Shown: positions 1 to 9,425 of the stretch, piece by piece | How positions within the stretch are numbered: position 1 is the first letter of the stretch | Layout of the letters: every line of letters begins with the position of its first letter | Source of the DNA: Candidatus Hydrogenedentota bacterium | GTDB taxonomy: Bacteria > Hydrogenedentota > Hydrogenedentia > Hydrogenedentales > SLHB01 | Reading direction: 5' to 3' | NCBI GenBank assembly: GCA_046540175.1 | Contig: JBKHFO010000002.1 | Coordinates: 1 to 48,158, forward strand | DNA length: 48,158 bases | The notes under the pieces: model-generated | Databases searched by the model: none | The model's input: only the letters and a program-made list of their open reading frames with translations | Told to the model about the DNA's origin: nothing | Position numbers and translations under genes: made by a program

Positions 1-1
1 G

Positions 2-2866
2 TGGGACCACCTCACGGGGCATGTCAAATACGGCCGCCCCAGCAAGGCTAGAAAACCGGCCCAAATGCGGCGGGTGATGGACCATGTCACCAGCGAAAAT
101 GATTACGAGGAAGAACTGGAGAATATTCCGCTGTGGAATGAACTCCCCTTCTTTAATGGACAGAAGAAAGTAGTATTGCGCAATTCGGGTTTGATCAATC
201 CAGAAGACATCGAAGAATATATCGCCGTGGGCGGGTATTTTTCGCTCTGGAACGCCCTCAATATGCCCGAAAGAGAGAAGATTATTGAGGAGGTCAAGAA
301 ATCGGAACTTGGCGGCCGCGGGGGGGCCGGATATCCCACCGGGGTGAAGTGGGCCATGCTCCACAAGGCCAAAGCCGAGAAAAAATACGTGATCTGCAAC
401 GCCGACGAGGGCGACCCCGGCGCGTACATGGACCGAAATGAGATTGAGAGCGACCCGCACATGCTGCTGGAAGGCATGTTGATCGGCGCATACGCCACGG
501 GCGCCACGGAAGGCATCATCTACGTGCGCCACGAGTATCCCCTAGCGGTGCGGCGGCTCGAAAAGGCGGCGGCGGCGGCCCGGAGGGCGGGTCTGCTGGG
601 CGAGGACATACTGGGCATGCCTTTTGAGTTCAACGTGCGAACGTTGGAAGGCGCCGGCGCCTTCGTATGCGGGGAGGAAACCGCTATGATCGCCTCGCTG
701 GAAGGCCGCGCGGGCCGTCCGCGGCCCCGGCCGCCCTTTCCCGCCCAATCCGGGTTGTGGGGCCGGCCGACCAACATTAACAATGTCGAAACGTTCTGCA
801 ACATTCCCGTGATCATCGCGCGGGGCGGCGCGTGGTTCAACGACATTGGTTCACGCGACAGCGCCGGCACCAAAGTCTTTTCGTTGGTGGGCAAGGTCCG
901 CAATACCGGCCTGGTTGAGCTGCCGCTTGGCACGCCGCTCAAGGACATCATTTACGGCATCGGCGGCGGCAGCCCGGGCGGAAGGCCCATCAAAGCCATC
1001 CAGACCGGCGGCCCGTCGGGCGGCTGCATCCCGGCCGAACATTTTGATACACCCGTCGATTACGACTCACTCTCCGAACTCGGCGCCATCATGGGCTCGG
1101 GGGGCATGGTTGTGATGGACGAGGACAATTGCATGGTGGACGTGGCGCGGTACTTCCTGGAATTCACCCACTCCGAATCCTGCGGCAAATGTATTCCCTG
1201 CCGCGCGGGGCTGGACGAATCCGTGCGGCTGCTGCGCAGGATCTGCAATGGCGAGGCGGACGAATCCGACATGGTCGAACTCGAGAGACTGGTCCCGATG
1301 ATCCGGGATATGTCTCTGTGCGGTCTCGGCCAGACGGCTCCCAACCCCGTCGAGACCACGCTGCGGTACTTCCGTGATGAGTACGAAGTGCACATCCGCA
1401 GACGCCGGTGCATGGCCAGCGTGTGCGAGAAACTGTACCTGTCCCCGTGTGAGAATAGCTGTCCGTTGAACATGCGGATCCCGGGCTACCTTCAATTGGT
1501 CAAGGAGGATCGCCTTGAAGAAGCGGCGGAGATGATCTGGCTAGACAATCCCCTGCCCGCTTCCACCGGGCGTATCTGCCAGCACCCCTGCGAAAACCGG
1601 TGCCGCCGCGCGGACGAGGACGCTCCCGTGAACATGCGCGAGGTGCACCGGTATGTCGCCGACGTGGCGTTCTCCGGCGACATGCTCGAGCGTGTCAAGA
1701 CGCGGCTCAAGCAGGGCAAGCTCAAACCCAGCGGGAAGAAGGTCGCTGTTGTCGGCGCTGGCCCTTCTGGCTTGTGCGCGGCGTTCTATCTCAGCATGAT
1801 GGGACACGAGGTGATGGTTTACGAGGAACGGGAAAAGCCCGGCGGCATGTTACGCTACTCCCTGCCCGACTACCGGTTGCCCAAGGACATGATCGACGCC
1901 GAGTTGGGTGTGCTCGAACACATTGGCGTGAAGTTCACCTGCGGTCAGCGCCTTGGCGCTGGTTTGGCCGCGGATCGGCTTACGAAAGAGTATGATTCGG
2001 TCTTCCTGGCCACCGGGACGTGGAACGAAACCAGCGTTGGCATACCTGGAGAGGACGCCTCGGACGTTTGGCATGCGATCGCGTTTCTGGAACAGGTCAA
2101 TCGGGGGAATCCGCCGCTGATGGGGGAACGCGTGGTTGTGATCGGGGGTGGCAATGCCGCCGTGGACGCCGCCCGCACGGCCACCCGGCTGGGCGCCAAA
2201 GTGACCATCGCCTACCGCCGCGACCGCGGCGACATGCCCGCCATTGTCGAGGAAGTCGAGGACGCGGAGGCCGAAGGCGTCGAACTCATCTTCTTTGCCT
2301 CGCCGCAGCGAGTCATATTCGATGAGCTTGGACGCGTCTCCGGGATGGAGGTGCGCAAAACCAAGCCTGGCGAGTTTGACACCTCGGGCCGGCGCACGCC
2401 AGTGTCCACGGACGAATTCTACACCCTGCCTTGTAATTCGGTTATCATGGCGGTTGGCGAAAAGCCGGATGCGGACCCAATGCGCCGGGCCGGGATTCAA
2501 GTGCGCAGGAACTTCACGGTCGCCGTCAATCCGGCCACTTACGAGACGAACGTGCGCAATGTATACGCGGGCGGCGACCTGGTGACGGGCGCATCCAACA
2601 TCTCCGCGACCATGTCGACCGGAAAGTCCGCCGCGCGCGCCATGGACCGCGTTTTGTCGGGCGAGGATCGGATGAACGTCATACTCAAGACCTTTACTTA
2701 TGAAAACGTTGCCCCCAAGCAACCCGAAGGCGGACCGCGCAACACCTGCCCGCATTTGGATCCCCAGAAGCGCCGCGACAACTTCGACGAAGTGATGCTC
2801 GGATTCGATGCCGAAACCGCGCTGCTGGAGAGTCAACGCTGTTTGCGGTGTGACGTCAAGGAATAG
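2..2866 (+). CDS. hoxF: NuoF/HoxF-type NAD(P)H flavoprotein (hydrogenase diaphorase subunit) fused to a GltD/NfnB-type FAD/NAD(P)H oxidoreductase domain; possibly 5'-truncated by the window edge
   Basis: 933-aa ORF from ATG 65. The frame stays open back to nt 2 and no clear Shine-Dalgarno precedes 65, so the gene may begin upstream of the window. N-terminal half shows NuoF hallmarks: [14 protein letters not shown] (FMN site), [42 protein letters not shown] (4Fe-4S). C-terminal half shows GltD-type Cys clusters ([17 protein letters not shown]) and two Rossmann motifs ([23 protein letters not shown]). Confidence 0.85.
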   Translation, partial: WDHLTGHVKYGRPSKARKPAQMRRVMDHVTSENDYEEELENIPLWNELPFFNGQKKVVLRNSGLINPEDIEEYIAVGGYFSLWNALNMPEREKIIEEVKKSELGGRGGAGYPTGVKWAMLHKAKAEKKYVICNADEGDPGAYMDRNEIESDPHMLLEGMLIGAYATGATEGIIYVRHEYPLAVRRLEKAAAAARRAGLLGEDILGMPFEFNVRTLEGAGAFVCGEETAMIASLEGRAGRPRPRPPFPAQSGLWGRPTNINNVETFCNIPVIIARGGAWFNDIGSRDSAGTKVFSLVGKVRNTGLVELPLGTPLKDIIYGIGGGSPGGRPIKAIQTGGPSGGCIPAEHFDTPVDYDSLSELGAIMGSGGMVVMDEDNCMVDVARYFLEFTHSESCGKCIPCRAGLDESVRLLRRICNGEADESDMVELERLVPMIRDMSLCGLGQTAPNPVETTLRYFRDEYEVHIRRRRCMASVCEKLYLSPCENSCPLNMRIPGYLQLVKEDRLEEAAEMIWLDNPLPASTGRICQHPCENRCRRADEDAPVNMREVHRYVADVAFSGDMLERVKTRLKQGKLKPSGKKVAVVGAGPSGLCAAFYLSMMGHEVMVYEEREKPGGMLRYSLPDYRLPKDMIDAELGVLEHIGVKFTCGQRLGAGLAADRLTKEYDSVFLATGTWNETSVGIPGEDASDVWHAIAFLEQVNRGNPPLMGERVVVIGGGNAAVDAARTATRLGAKVTIAYRRDRGDMPAIVEEVEDAEAEGVELIFFASPQRVIFDELGRVSGMEVRKTKPGEFDTSGRRTPVSTDEFYTLPCNSVIMAVGEKPDADPMRRAGIQVRRNFTVAVNPATYETNVRNVYAGGDLVTGASNISATMSTGKSAARAMDRVLSGEDRMNVILKTFTYENVAPKQPEGGPRNTCPHLDPQKRRDNFDEVMLGFDAETALLESQRCLRCDVKE

Positions 2867-2887
2867 TGAGCCGCGCAACAACCGGCC

Positions 2888-3616
2888 ATGGAAGGAAGCA
2901 ACATGAAGGACGAAACCATTCTCATCACCTTGAATGGAAAGACGGTAACCGCGGCGCGGGATGAGACCATTCTGGACGCTGCGTGGGCGAACGACATCGA
3001 CATTCCACGCCTCTGTTTCCTCAAGGGGTTGAGTAGCGTGGGGGCGTGCCGCCTCTGTATGGTGGAGGTTGCGGGCGTGCCGCGGCTGTTGGCCGCCTGT
3101 GTGACGAAAGTCACGGACGGCATGGAAGTCACGACGGATTCCCCCAGACTCCAGTCCCACCGCAAGATGATTGTGGAGCTGTTGTTCGCGGAACGGAATC
3201 ACATTTGCGCCTTTTGCGTCTCTTCTGGGCACTGTGAACTGCAGGATCTCGCTCAAAAACTCGGGATCACCCACATTCGCTACCCCTATCGGTTCCCGGA
3301 AGAGGAAGTGGACGCCACGCATAGCCGTTTTGTCCATGACCCGAACCGGTGTGTCCTTTGCACTCGCTGCGTGCGCGCCTGCGGAGAGATAGAGGGCGCG
3401 CGGACATGGAACGTAAAGAATCGCGGTATCCAATCGCGCGTGATGACGGATATGGATCAGCCCTGGGGCGATTCGCAGACGTGCACGAGCTGCGGCAAGT
3501 GTGTACAAGCGTGCCCCACCGGCGCCTTAGCGGAAAAGGGATTGGCGACCGGCGAAAACGTCAAAACGCCGAGCATCTTCCCCCACTTAGCCTCCATGCG
3601 CGACTCGCGGATGTAG
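2888..3616 (+). CDS. hoxU: HoxU/NuoG-N-terminal-like iron-sulfur subunit of the diaphorase module (2Fe-2S plus 4Fe-4S clusters)
   Basis: 2Fe-2S ferredoxin pattern CFLKGLSSVGACRLCMVEV...AAC. His/Cys cluster NHICAFCVSSGHC. Two 4Fe-4S motifs, CVLCTRCVRAC and CTSCGKCVQACP. GGAAGGAAG precedes an internal ATG at 2903, which may be the true start. Confidence 0.85.
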   Translation: MEGSNMKDETILITLNGKTVTAARDETILDAAWANDIDIPRLCFLKGLSSVGACRLCMVEVAGVPRLLAACVTKVTDGMEVTTDSPRLQSHRKMIVELLFAERNHICAFCVSSGHCELQDLAQKLGITHIRYPYRFPEEEVDATHSRFVHDPNRCVLCTRCVRACGEIEGARTWNVKNRGIQSRVMTDMDQPWGDSQTCTSCGKCVQACPTGALAEKGLATGENVKTPSIFPHLASMRDSRM

Positions 3617-3686
3617 GGAGTAGTTTGAACGAAACGGCGTCCAATAAGATGGCGCCGCCACAAGACACAGCACGAGCGGGTACCGC

Positions 3687-4211
3687 ATGCTTAAGGACAA
3701 TACGCCCATCACCCTGTTTGGCGTCGGGAATGCCCTGCGCGGGGATGACGGGGTAGGCCTTTTGCTTGCTCGCTTGGTACGAGCGCTTTCCCCCCGCCGG
3801 TTCACCGTGCGCGAATGCACGGGCGAACCGGCGGCCTTGCTTGAGCAATGGTCCGGGCTGGCCGCGGCCATGTTGTTTGACGCCGTCCATTCCGGCGCCG
3901 CCCCAGGCGCCGTATTCCGCGTGGATGTGATCGCGAATCCCCTGCCCGATGCGTTCAAGCAGACCTCGACCCACGGCTTTGGCGTCGCGGAGGCGGTGGA
4001 GCTTTCCCGCGCATTGGGCGTCTTGCCCGCCCGGATGCTGGTCTACGGCGTCGAAGCGGCTTCGTTTGATTACGGCGCGGAGATGAGCCCGGAAGTGGCG
4101 GCCGCCATCCCGGAAGTGGTTGGGATGGCGTCGCGGGACGCCACGGCCTGGACCGGCGAACAGTTTCCCTCGGACCCGGAGACGGATTCAGCATGCACGA
4201 ATACAGTTTAG
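3687..4211 (+). CDS. hoxW: [NiFe]-hydrogenase maturation endopeptidase (HoxW/HybD/HycI family)
   Basis: N-terminal LFGVGNALRGDDGVGLLL signature, conserved DA and H residues, ~170 aa. Overlaps hypA by 19 nt. Confidence 0.8.
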   Translation: MLKDNTPITLFGVGNALRGDDGVGLLLARLVRALSPRRFTVRECTGEPAALLEQWSGLAAAMLFDAVHSGAAPGAVFRVDVIANPLPDAFKQTSTHGFGVAEAVELSRALGVLPARMLVYGVEAASFDYGAEMSPEVAAAIPEVVGMASRDATAWTGEQFPSDPETDSACTNTV

Positions 4212-4537
4212 CGCAGTCCATCGTTGACATAGCGGTGGCGGTGGCCCGGGAACATGGCGGCCAGCCCATCGAGCGCGTTAGCGTGGATATTGGCGCCATG
4301 CGGGCCGTTTGCCCCGAGCTTTTGGTGGAGGCGTTCGCTCACACGGCGGAGGACACGCTGGCCAAGGGTGCCGAGCTTGATTGGACCGAGACGCCCATGG
4401 AATTTGTGTGCGGCGAGTGTGAAGCGCGCTATACGGCCGGGGAATTGCTGGAGCCGTGCCCTCAATGCGGAGGCCATGCGGGGCGTCTCGTCAGCGGCGA
4501 CGAGTTGATGGTCCGGAGCGTGACCTTGGCTGACTGA
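4193..4537 (+). CDS. hypA: hydrogenase nickel-insertion protein HypA
   Basis: MHEYSLAQSIVD N-terminus (Ni site MHE) and Zn-finger CGECE...CPQCGG; 114 aa. Confidence 0.9.
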   Translation: MHEYSLAQSIVDIAVAVAREHGGQPIERVSVDIGAMRAVCPELLVEAFAHTAEDTLAKGAELDWTETPMEFVCGECEARYTAGELLEPCPQCGGHAGRLVSGDELMVRSVTLAD

Positions 4538-4564
4538 ATGCGGCGGAGCCGCGCGATGGGGTTA

Positions 4565-4598
4565 ACATTCCCCTTGATCCCCCTTCAGAAGGGGGAAT
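4565..4598 (+). repeat. copy 1 of a dispersed ~32-nt hairpin repeat (ACATYCCCCTTGATCCCC-TTCAnAAGGGGGAAT)
   Basis: ACATTCCCCTTGATCCCCCTTCAGAAGGGGGAAT contains the hairpin CCCCCTTC/GAAGGGGG. Near-identical copies occur at 29585-29616 (+) and 29655-29685 (inverted). Confidence 0.65.
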
Positions 4599-4634
4599 AG
4601 GACCACGGATAGACACGGATAAACACGGAAACAC
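4599..4634 (+). repeat. three tandem ~10-nt CACGGA units (gaCCACGGATA gACACGGATA aACACGGAAA)
   Basis: Read directly from the sequence. The same CACGGA core recurs at 10498-10584 and 11226-11264. Confidence 0.6.
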
Positions 4635-4796
4635 AATATTCCAAATATTAATTATTATACTAAATTAGTACAAACATAAGCTGAATTGTAAGTGGTCGCT
4701 ATTGCCGGGAAATGTTAATCCGGCGTTGTCCCAGAGTTTGGCCGCGCCGCGTCCCAGGATGTATACTGCCTCCGATGCTAGGGCTTGGTCCGCCCT

Positions 4797-4933
4797 AAAT
4801 TTGTGGGTAGTGCACCCCCCCGGCCGTCATCCCCGCGAAAGCGGGGATCCACAGGGCGTGTGTTGCTCTCCGGGATTGGGATCCCCTTCCGCGGGGATGA
4901 CGGTGGCAGCGGATAGGATTACCCACAATTTTG
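4797..4933. repeat. nested palindromic (MITE/REP-like) element in the hypA-hypB spacer
   Basis: Outer inverted repeat AAATTTGTGGGTA (4797-4809) / TACCCACAATTTT (4921-4933), 12 of 13 matching. Inner inverted pair CCGTCATCCCCGCGAAAGCGGGGATCC (4824-4850) / GGATCCCCTTCCGCGGGGATGACGG (4879-4903). Confidence 0.55.
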
Positions 4934-5026
4934 GAATGGGCCGGATGCCCGCTCCGGGAAGTAGAATCCTCATCCAAGTGTTACCCCTAAAGATGCCGTG
5001 TAGTTGTTCAAATAGGAGAGTCTGCC

Positions 5027-5692
5027 ATGGAAGTGCCCGTGGTGCAACGCGTACTGAAAGTTAACGACGAATTGGCCAACCAGGTCCGGGAACGGCTTCG
5101 GGGCGCTGGCGTTGTGGCGGTGAACATTATCAGCGCGCCGGGATCGGGTAAGACCACCCTTATCGAGACGGTGCTGCCCTTGTTGCGGGACCGTGTGCGG
5201 GTAGGGGTCATCGAGGGCGATCCCGAGACGTCGCTTGACGCCGAACGGATCTCCAAACACGATGTGCCCGTCGTGCAAATCGAGACGGCGGGCGGGTGTC
5301 ACCTCGAAGCCAACCTCGTGAATCGCGCCCTGGATTCATTTTCGTTGGAGGAGCTGGACCTGGTCATCATAGAGAACGTGGGCAATTTGGTGTGTCCGGC
5401 CGCCTTTGATCTCGGTGAATCGGCGCGGGTGGCGATAGTAAGCGTGCCCGAGGGACACGACAAACCGGCGAAATACCCCCGCTTGTTCAAGGACGTTGAC
5501 CTAGTCATTCTTAACAAGACCGATCTCTTGCCGTATATCCCCTTTGATCGTGAACTCTTCATTACGTATCTCGATAAACTTCAGCCGGGCGGTTCCCTTA
5601 TCGAGACGGCTTGTCCGCAAGGGCAGGGCATTGAGGAGTGGGCCGATTGGCTCGCCGCCGTCGCCCAGGGAGCGCCCGCGCAGAAAGCTTGA
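5027..5692 (+). CDS. hypB: hydrogenase nickel-incorporation GTPase HypB
   Basis: P-loop SAPGSGKTTLIE, ENVGNLVCP and NKTDL GTPase motifs; 221 aa; RBS AGGAGAG upstream. Confidence 0.9.
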   Translation: MEVPVVQRVLKVNDELANQVRERLRGAGVVAVNIISAPGSGKTTLIETVLPLLRDRVRVGVIEGDPETSLDAERISKHDVPVVQIETAGGCHLEANLVNRALDSFSLEELDLVIIENVGNLVCPAAFDLGESARVAIVSVPEGHDKPAKYPRLFKDVDLVILNKTDLLPYIPFDRELFITYLDKLQPGGSLIETACPQGQGIEEWADWLAAVAQGAPAQKA

Positions 5693-5704
5693 TCGGAGTA
5701 TGTC

Positions 5705-8080
5705 GTGATGACGCCCGCCCCTCAAGGCCAGCGCGCCGAAGCCGGAATGCGAATCCGGGCTGAGGTGGACGGGTGCGTCCAAGGCGTGGGGTTTAGGCCG
5801 TACGTTTACCGGCTCGCCGTGGAACTTGGTCTCGCCGGCTACGTGACCAATACGCCGGCGGGGGTCACCGTTGAGGCGGAAGGTCCCAAGACGGATGTTC
5901 AGGCGTTTCTCGACCGCCTTCCGCGCGAAAAGCCGCCCTTGGCGGAGATACGCTCGTTGGATTGGCGGGAGATTCCCCCGCAATCCAGCCCCGGTTTCGT
6001 GATTGAGAAGAGCGCGGCCGGCCCAGATCCCGTGGCGCAGATCCTCCCCGACATGGCCACCTGCCCGGACTGTCTGCGCGAAATCCTGGACCCCGGGGAT
6101 CGGCGATACCAGTATCCCTTCACCAACTGCACCCATTGCGGCCCCCGCTATACGATCATCCACGGTTTGCCCTACGACCGGCCCCGCACCTCGATGGCGG
6201 GTTTCCCCATGTGTCCGCAATGCCGGCGGGAATACGAGGACCCCATGGATCGCCGGTTCCACGCCCAACCCGTGGCCTGTCCCGCGTGCGGGCCCCACGT
6301 CCAGCTCTGGGACGGCGAAGGCCGCTGCCTGTCGGCAGAAACCGCGGCCCTGGACGAGACCGCGGAACGCATCCGGCAAGGGGCCATTGCGGCGGTGAAG
6401 GGACTCGGCGGATTTCATCTCGTGTGCGATGCGCGCGACACGGCGGCGTTGGAGCGGCTTCGTGAACGCAAGGCCCGGGAGGAAAAACCCTTCGCCGTGA
6501 TGGCGCCGCGCTGGGAGGAGTTCGCGTCAGCGTGCCGGATAGACGCCGTGGCGGTCAGCGCGCTGGAATCGCCGCAAGCCCCGATTGTCTTGGTTCCGCG
6601 CATCCCCGGCGCGGATGATGGCCTTTCCCGGCTTGTGGCGCCGGACAGCCCCGCTCTCGGGCTCATGGCGCCGTACACGCCGCTGCATCATCTGCTCCTG
6701 GCCCGGCTCGGTTTTCCCGTGGTGGCGACGAGCGGCAACCTGCGGGATGAGCCCATCTGTATCGACGAAAACGAAGCCCTGCGCCGGCTGACGGGCATCG
6801 CCGATGTATTCTTGGTGCATAACCGGCCCATCGTGCGGCCCGTGGACGATTCCGTCGTCCGCATCATCGGCGAAACGCCTGTGCTTCTCCGGCGGGCGCG
6901 CGGGTACGCCCCAGCCCCGATTAGCATCGAGCATGGCTCGGAGCATTCCGTGGTGGCCATGGGCGGCCACCTCAAGAACACGGCGGCGTTGACCATGGGC
7001 CACCGCATCATGTTGAGCCAGCACATCGGAGACCTCGAAACCCCGGAAGCGCGGGACGCCGCCGGCGCCGCCATCGCCAGTCTCCGCTGCCTCTACCGCA
7101 TTACACCGGACGTGGCCGCGTGCGACATGCATCCCGATTACGCCAGCGCCCGCTCGGCCCACGATTCCGGCCTGCCGGTGTATCCGGTGCAGCACCATCA
7201 CGCGCACATCGTAGCCTGCATGGCCGAGCACGGTCTCGAAGGCCCCGTGCTGGGCGTTTCGTGGGATGGAACCGGTTACGGACACGACGGAACCGTGTGG
7301 GGCGGGGAATTCTTGACCGCCACCGAGACGGCGTATCAACGCATAGCCGCGCTTCGGCCGTTTCCTTTGCCCGGCGGCGAGCAAGCCATGCGGGAACCCC
7401 GGCGCAGCGCGTTGGGGCTCTTGTACGCCCTGGACGGAGGCCGCCAGCCCTTGGACAAGACCGCGGCCCCTTTGGGGCAGGGCGTCTTCCGCGAACGCGA
7501 GTTGAAGGTGCTGGATGCCTGGTTGCGCCGTCACGGGGACGGGGTGTTGACCACGAGCGCCGGCCGGTTGTTTGACGCCGCCGCCTCCCTGTCGGGCTTG
7601 CGCCAGTACGCGGGCTACGAGGGCCAAGCAGCCATGGCCTTGGAAGCGGAAGCCGCCACGGAAACTGCGGAGCCGCCGCTTTATCCCATGCGTTTGCGAA
7701 CCGAACACCGTCCGGCCTGGCTGGACTGGGAGCCGCTCATCAAGGGATTGCTCGCGGAGCAGAATAGCGGGGCCGTGCGTCCTACATTGTGCCGGGCCTT
7801 CCATCGCAGCCTGGCCGACGGCGTACGCCAGGTGGCCGAATGGGCGGGCTTCGAAACCGTGTGTCTTGGCGGCGGCTGTTTTCAGAACGCCCTGTTGACC
7901 GAGTTTATCGTTGAACTGCTGACGCGCCAGGGGTTTGCCGTATACTATCCCCAGCGCATCCCCCCGAACGATGGGGGGCTCGCCCTTGGACAGGCCTGCT
8001 GCGTGTTGCGGCGCCTGTCCGTTACGTCTACAGCGCAAAAGGAGGGATCATGTGCCTTGCCGTTCCAGGTGAAGTCCTGA
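5705..8080 (+). CDS. hypF: carbamoyltransferase HypF
   Basis: Acylphosphatase domain (VQGVGFRPYVYRLA), two Zn-finger pairs (CPDCLRE...CTHCGPRYT, CPQCRRE...CPACGP), then YrdC-like and Kae1-like domains; 791 aa. The GTG at 5705 is followed immediately by ATG 5708. Confidence 0.95.
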   Translation: MMTPAPQGQRAEAGMRIRAEVDGCVQGVGFRPYVYRLAVELGLAGYVTNTPAGVTVEAEGPKTDVQAFLDRLPREKPPLAEIRSLDWREIPPQSSPGFVIEKSAAGPDPVAQILPDMATCPDCLREILDPGDRRYQYPFTNCTHCGPRYTIIHGLPYDRPRTSMAGFPMCPQCRREYEDPMDRRFHAQPVACPACGPHVQLWDGEGRCLSAETAALDETAERIRQGAIAAVKGLGGFHLVCDARDTAALERLRERKAREEKPFAVMAPRWEEFASACRIDAVAVSALESPQAPIVLVPRIPGADDGLSRLVAPDSPALGLMAPYTPLHHLLLARLGFPVVATSGNLRDEPICIDENEALRRLTGIADVFLVHNRPIVRPVDDSVVRIIGETPVLLRRARGYAPAPISIEHGSEHSVVAMGGHLKNTAALTMGHRIMLSQHIGDLETPEARDAAGAAIASLRCLYRITPDVAACDMHPDYASARSAHDSGLPVYPVQHHHAHIVACMAEHGLEGPVLGVSWDGTGYGHDGTVWGGEFLTATETAYQRIAALRPFPLPGGEQAMREPRRSALGLLYALDGGRQPLDKTAAPLGQGVFRERELKVLDAWLRRHGDGVLTTSAGRLFDAAASLSGLRQYAGYEGQAAMALEAEAATETAEPPLYPMRLRTEHRPAWLDWEPLIKGLLAEQNSGAVRPTLCRAFHRSLADGVRQVAEWAGFETVCLGGGCFQNALLTEFIVELLTRQGFAVYYPQRIPPNDGGLALGQACCVLRRLSVTSTAQKEGSCALPFQVKS

Positions 8081-8313
8081 GTATTGAACCCGGCGATTCG
8101 CTGGGCCGTAAAGCCCGGATCCAATACGGGTCCATTGTGAAGGAGGCCTCGCTGGCCCTGGCGCCCGAAGCCAAAGAAGGCGACTACGTCTTGGTTCACG
8201 CGGGCGTCGCCATCACGGTGGTGTCGCCCGAGGAAGCCGAGCGGACTTTCGCGTATCTAGACGAAATCGGGGCAATCGAGGAAGAACTGGGGGAAGAAGG
8301 TGTTGGATCATGA
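8050..8313 (+). CDS. hypC: hydrogenase assembly chaperone HypC
   Basis: Starts [10 protein letters not shown] (essential Cys2); 87 aa. Overlaps the hypF end and is coupled to hypD by a 4-nt overlap. Confidence 0.9.
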   Translation: MCLAVPGEVLSIEPGDSLGRKARIQYGSIVKEASLALAPEAKEGDYVLVHAGVAITVVSPEEAERTFAYLDEIGAIEEELGEEGVGS

Positions 8314-9425
8314 AGTATGTCGACGAATTCCGCGATCCCGGGGCCGCCCGGCGGCTGGCCGAACGGATCCAGACCATAACCACCCGGCCGCACACGCTCA
8401 TGGAGATTTGCGGCGGTCAAACCCACGCCATCCTACGCTTCGGGATTGACGAACTCCTTCCCCCGGAGGTCTCCCTCATCCACGGGCCCGGCTGCCCCGT
8501 CTGTGTGACGCCGACGATTCTAATCGACAAAGCCATCGCCCTTGCCCGGCGGCCGGGGATCATCATGTGCTCCTTCGGCGACATGCTGCGCGTGCCGGGC
8601 TCCGAGACCAGCCTCTACGGGGCCAAGGCCGAGGGCGCGGACGTGCGCATCGTCTATTCGCCGCTCGACGCGCTCCAACTCGCCCAGACGATGCCGGACC
8701 GGGAGGTGGTGTTTTTCGCGGTCGGATTCGAGACGACGGCGCCCGCCAATGCGTTGGCGGTCTACCAAGCCCATCAGCACGGCGTGGAGAACTTCTCGAT
8801 CTTGTCCAGCCACGTCCTAGTGCCGCCGGCCATCGAGGCGATCATGCAAGCGCCCGAATGCCGCATCCAAGGGTTTCTCGCGGCGGGCCACGTATGCACC
8901 GTGATGGGCTATCACCAATACGAGCCTCTCGCCAAGCGTTACGGGGTTCCTTTTGTCGTGACCGGGTTCGAGCCCCTCGATTTGCTCGAAGGGGTGTACC
9001 GGTGCGTGAAGCAGCTCGAGGAAGGCCGCGCGGAGGTCGAGAACGCCTACAGCCGTTGCGTGGAGCGGGAAGGCAACCCGTCGGCGCAGAAGCTGTTGGA
9101 AACCGTGTTCGAAGTCTGTGACCGGCCCTGGCGCGGGCTTGGCCCCATTCCCGCCAGCGGGCTGGCCCTGCGTCCGCCCTATGACCGCTACGACGCCGAG
9201 GCGCGCTTTACCGTGGAGACGCCCGAAGGCGGCGACGATCCCGAGTGCATGGCGGGCCAGGTGCTGCAAGGCCTCTTGAAACCTTCCGAGTGTCCCGCGT
9301 TCGGCGTGCGGTGTACGCCCACTTCGCCCTTGGGCGCGCCGATGGTCTCCGGCGAAGGGGCCTGCGCGGCCTATTACCGTTACCGGGGCCAAGCCGCGGC
9401 GGGCGCGCCAGCGGAGAAGGCTTAA
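8310..9425 (+). CDS. hypD: hydrogenase formation protein HypD
   Basis: MKYVDEFRD start, [15 protein letters not shown] and FETTAP motifs; 371 aa. Confidence 0.95.
   Translation: MKYVDEFRDPGAARRLAERIQTITTRPHTLMEICGGQTHAILRFGIDELLPPEVSLIHGPGCPVCVTPTILIDKAIALARRPGIIMCSFGDMLRVPGSETSLYGAKAEGADVRIVYSPLDALQLAQTMPDREVVFFAVGFETTAPANALAVYQAHQHGVENFSILSSHVLVPPAIEAIMQAPECRIQGFLAAGHVCTVMGYHQYEPLAKRYGVPFVVTGFEPLDLLEGVYRCVKQLEEGRAEVENAYSRCVEREGNPSAQKLLETVFEVCDRPWRGLGPIPASGLALRPPYDRYDAEARFTVETPEGGDDPECMAGQVLQGLLKPSECPAFGVRCTPTSPLGAPMVSGEGACAAYYRYRGQAAAGAPAEKA

Noticed and set aside
1850-3508. Long antisense or overlapping ORFs. Examples: 1850-3508(-), 6527-8038(-), 9422-10618(-), 13057-14382(+), 15893-17245(+), 19921-21825(+), 24409-25506(-), 27544-29508(+), 28928-30136(-), 44612-46324(-), and many shorter ones.
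   Set aside because: They lie opposite, or out of frame with, genes that have strong family motifs. Their translations are Arg/Gly/Pro/Ala-rich low-complexity sequence with no recognisable domains. This is the usual stop-codon-poor artefact of high-GC DNA.
9245-9424. The N-terminal 60-codon extension of the hypE ORF as given in the track.
   Set aside because: It lies entirely inside hypD in another frame. The conserved HypE sequence begins at the ATG at 9425, which overlaps the hypD stop.
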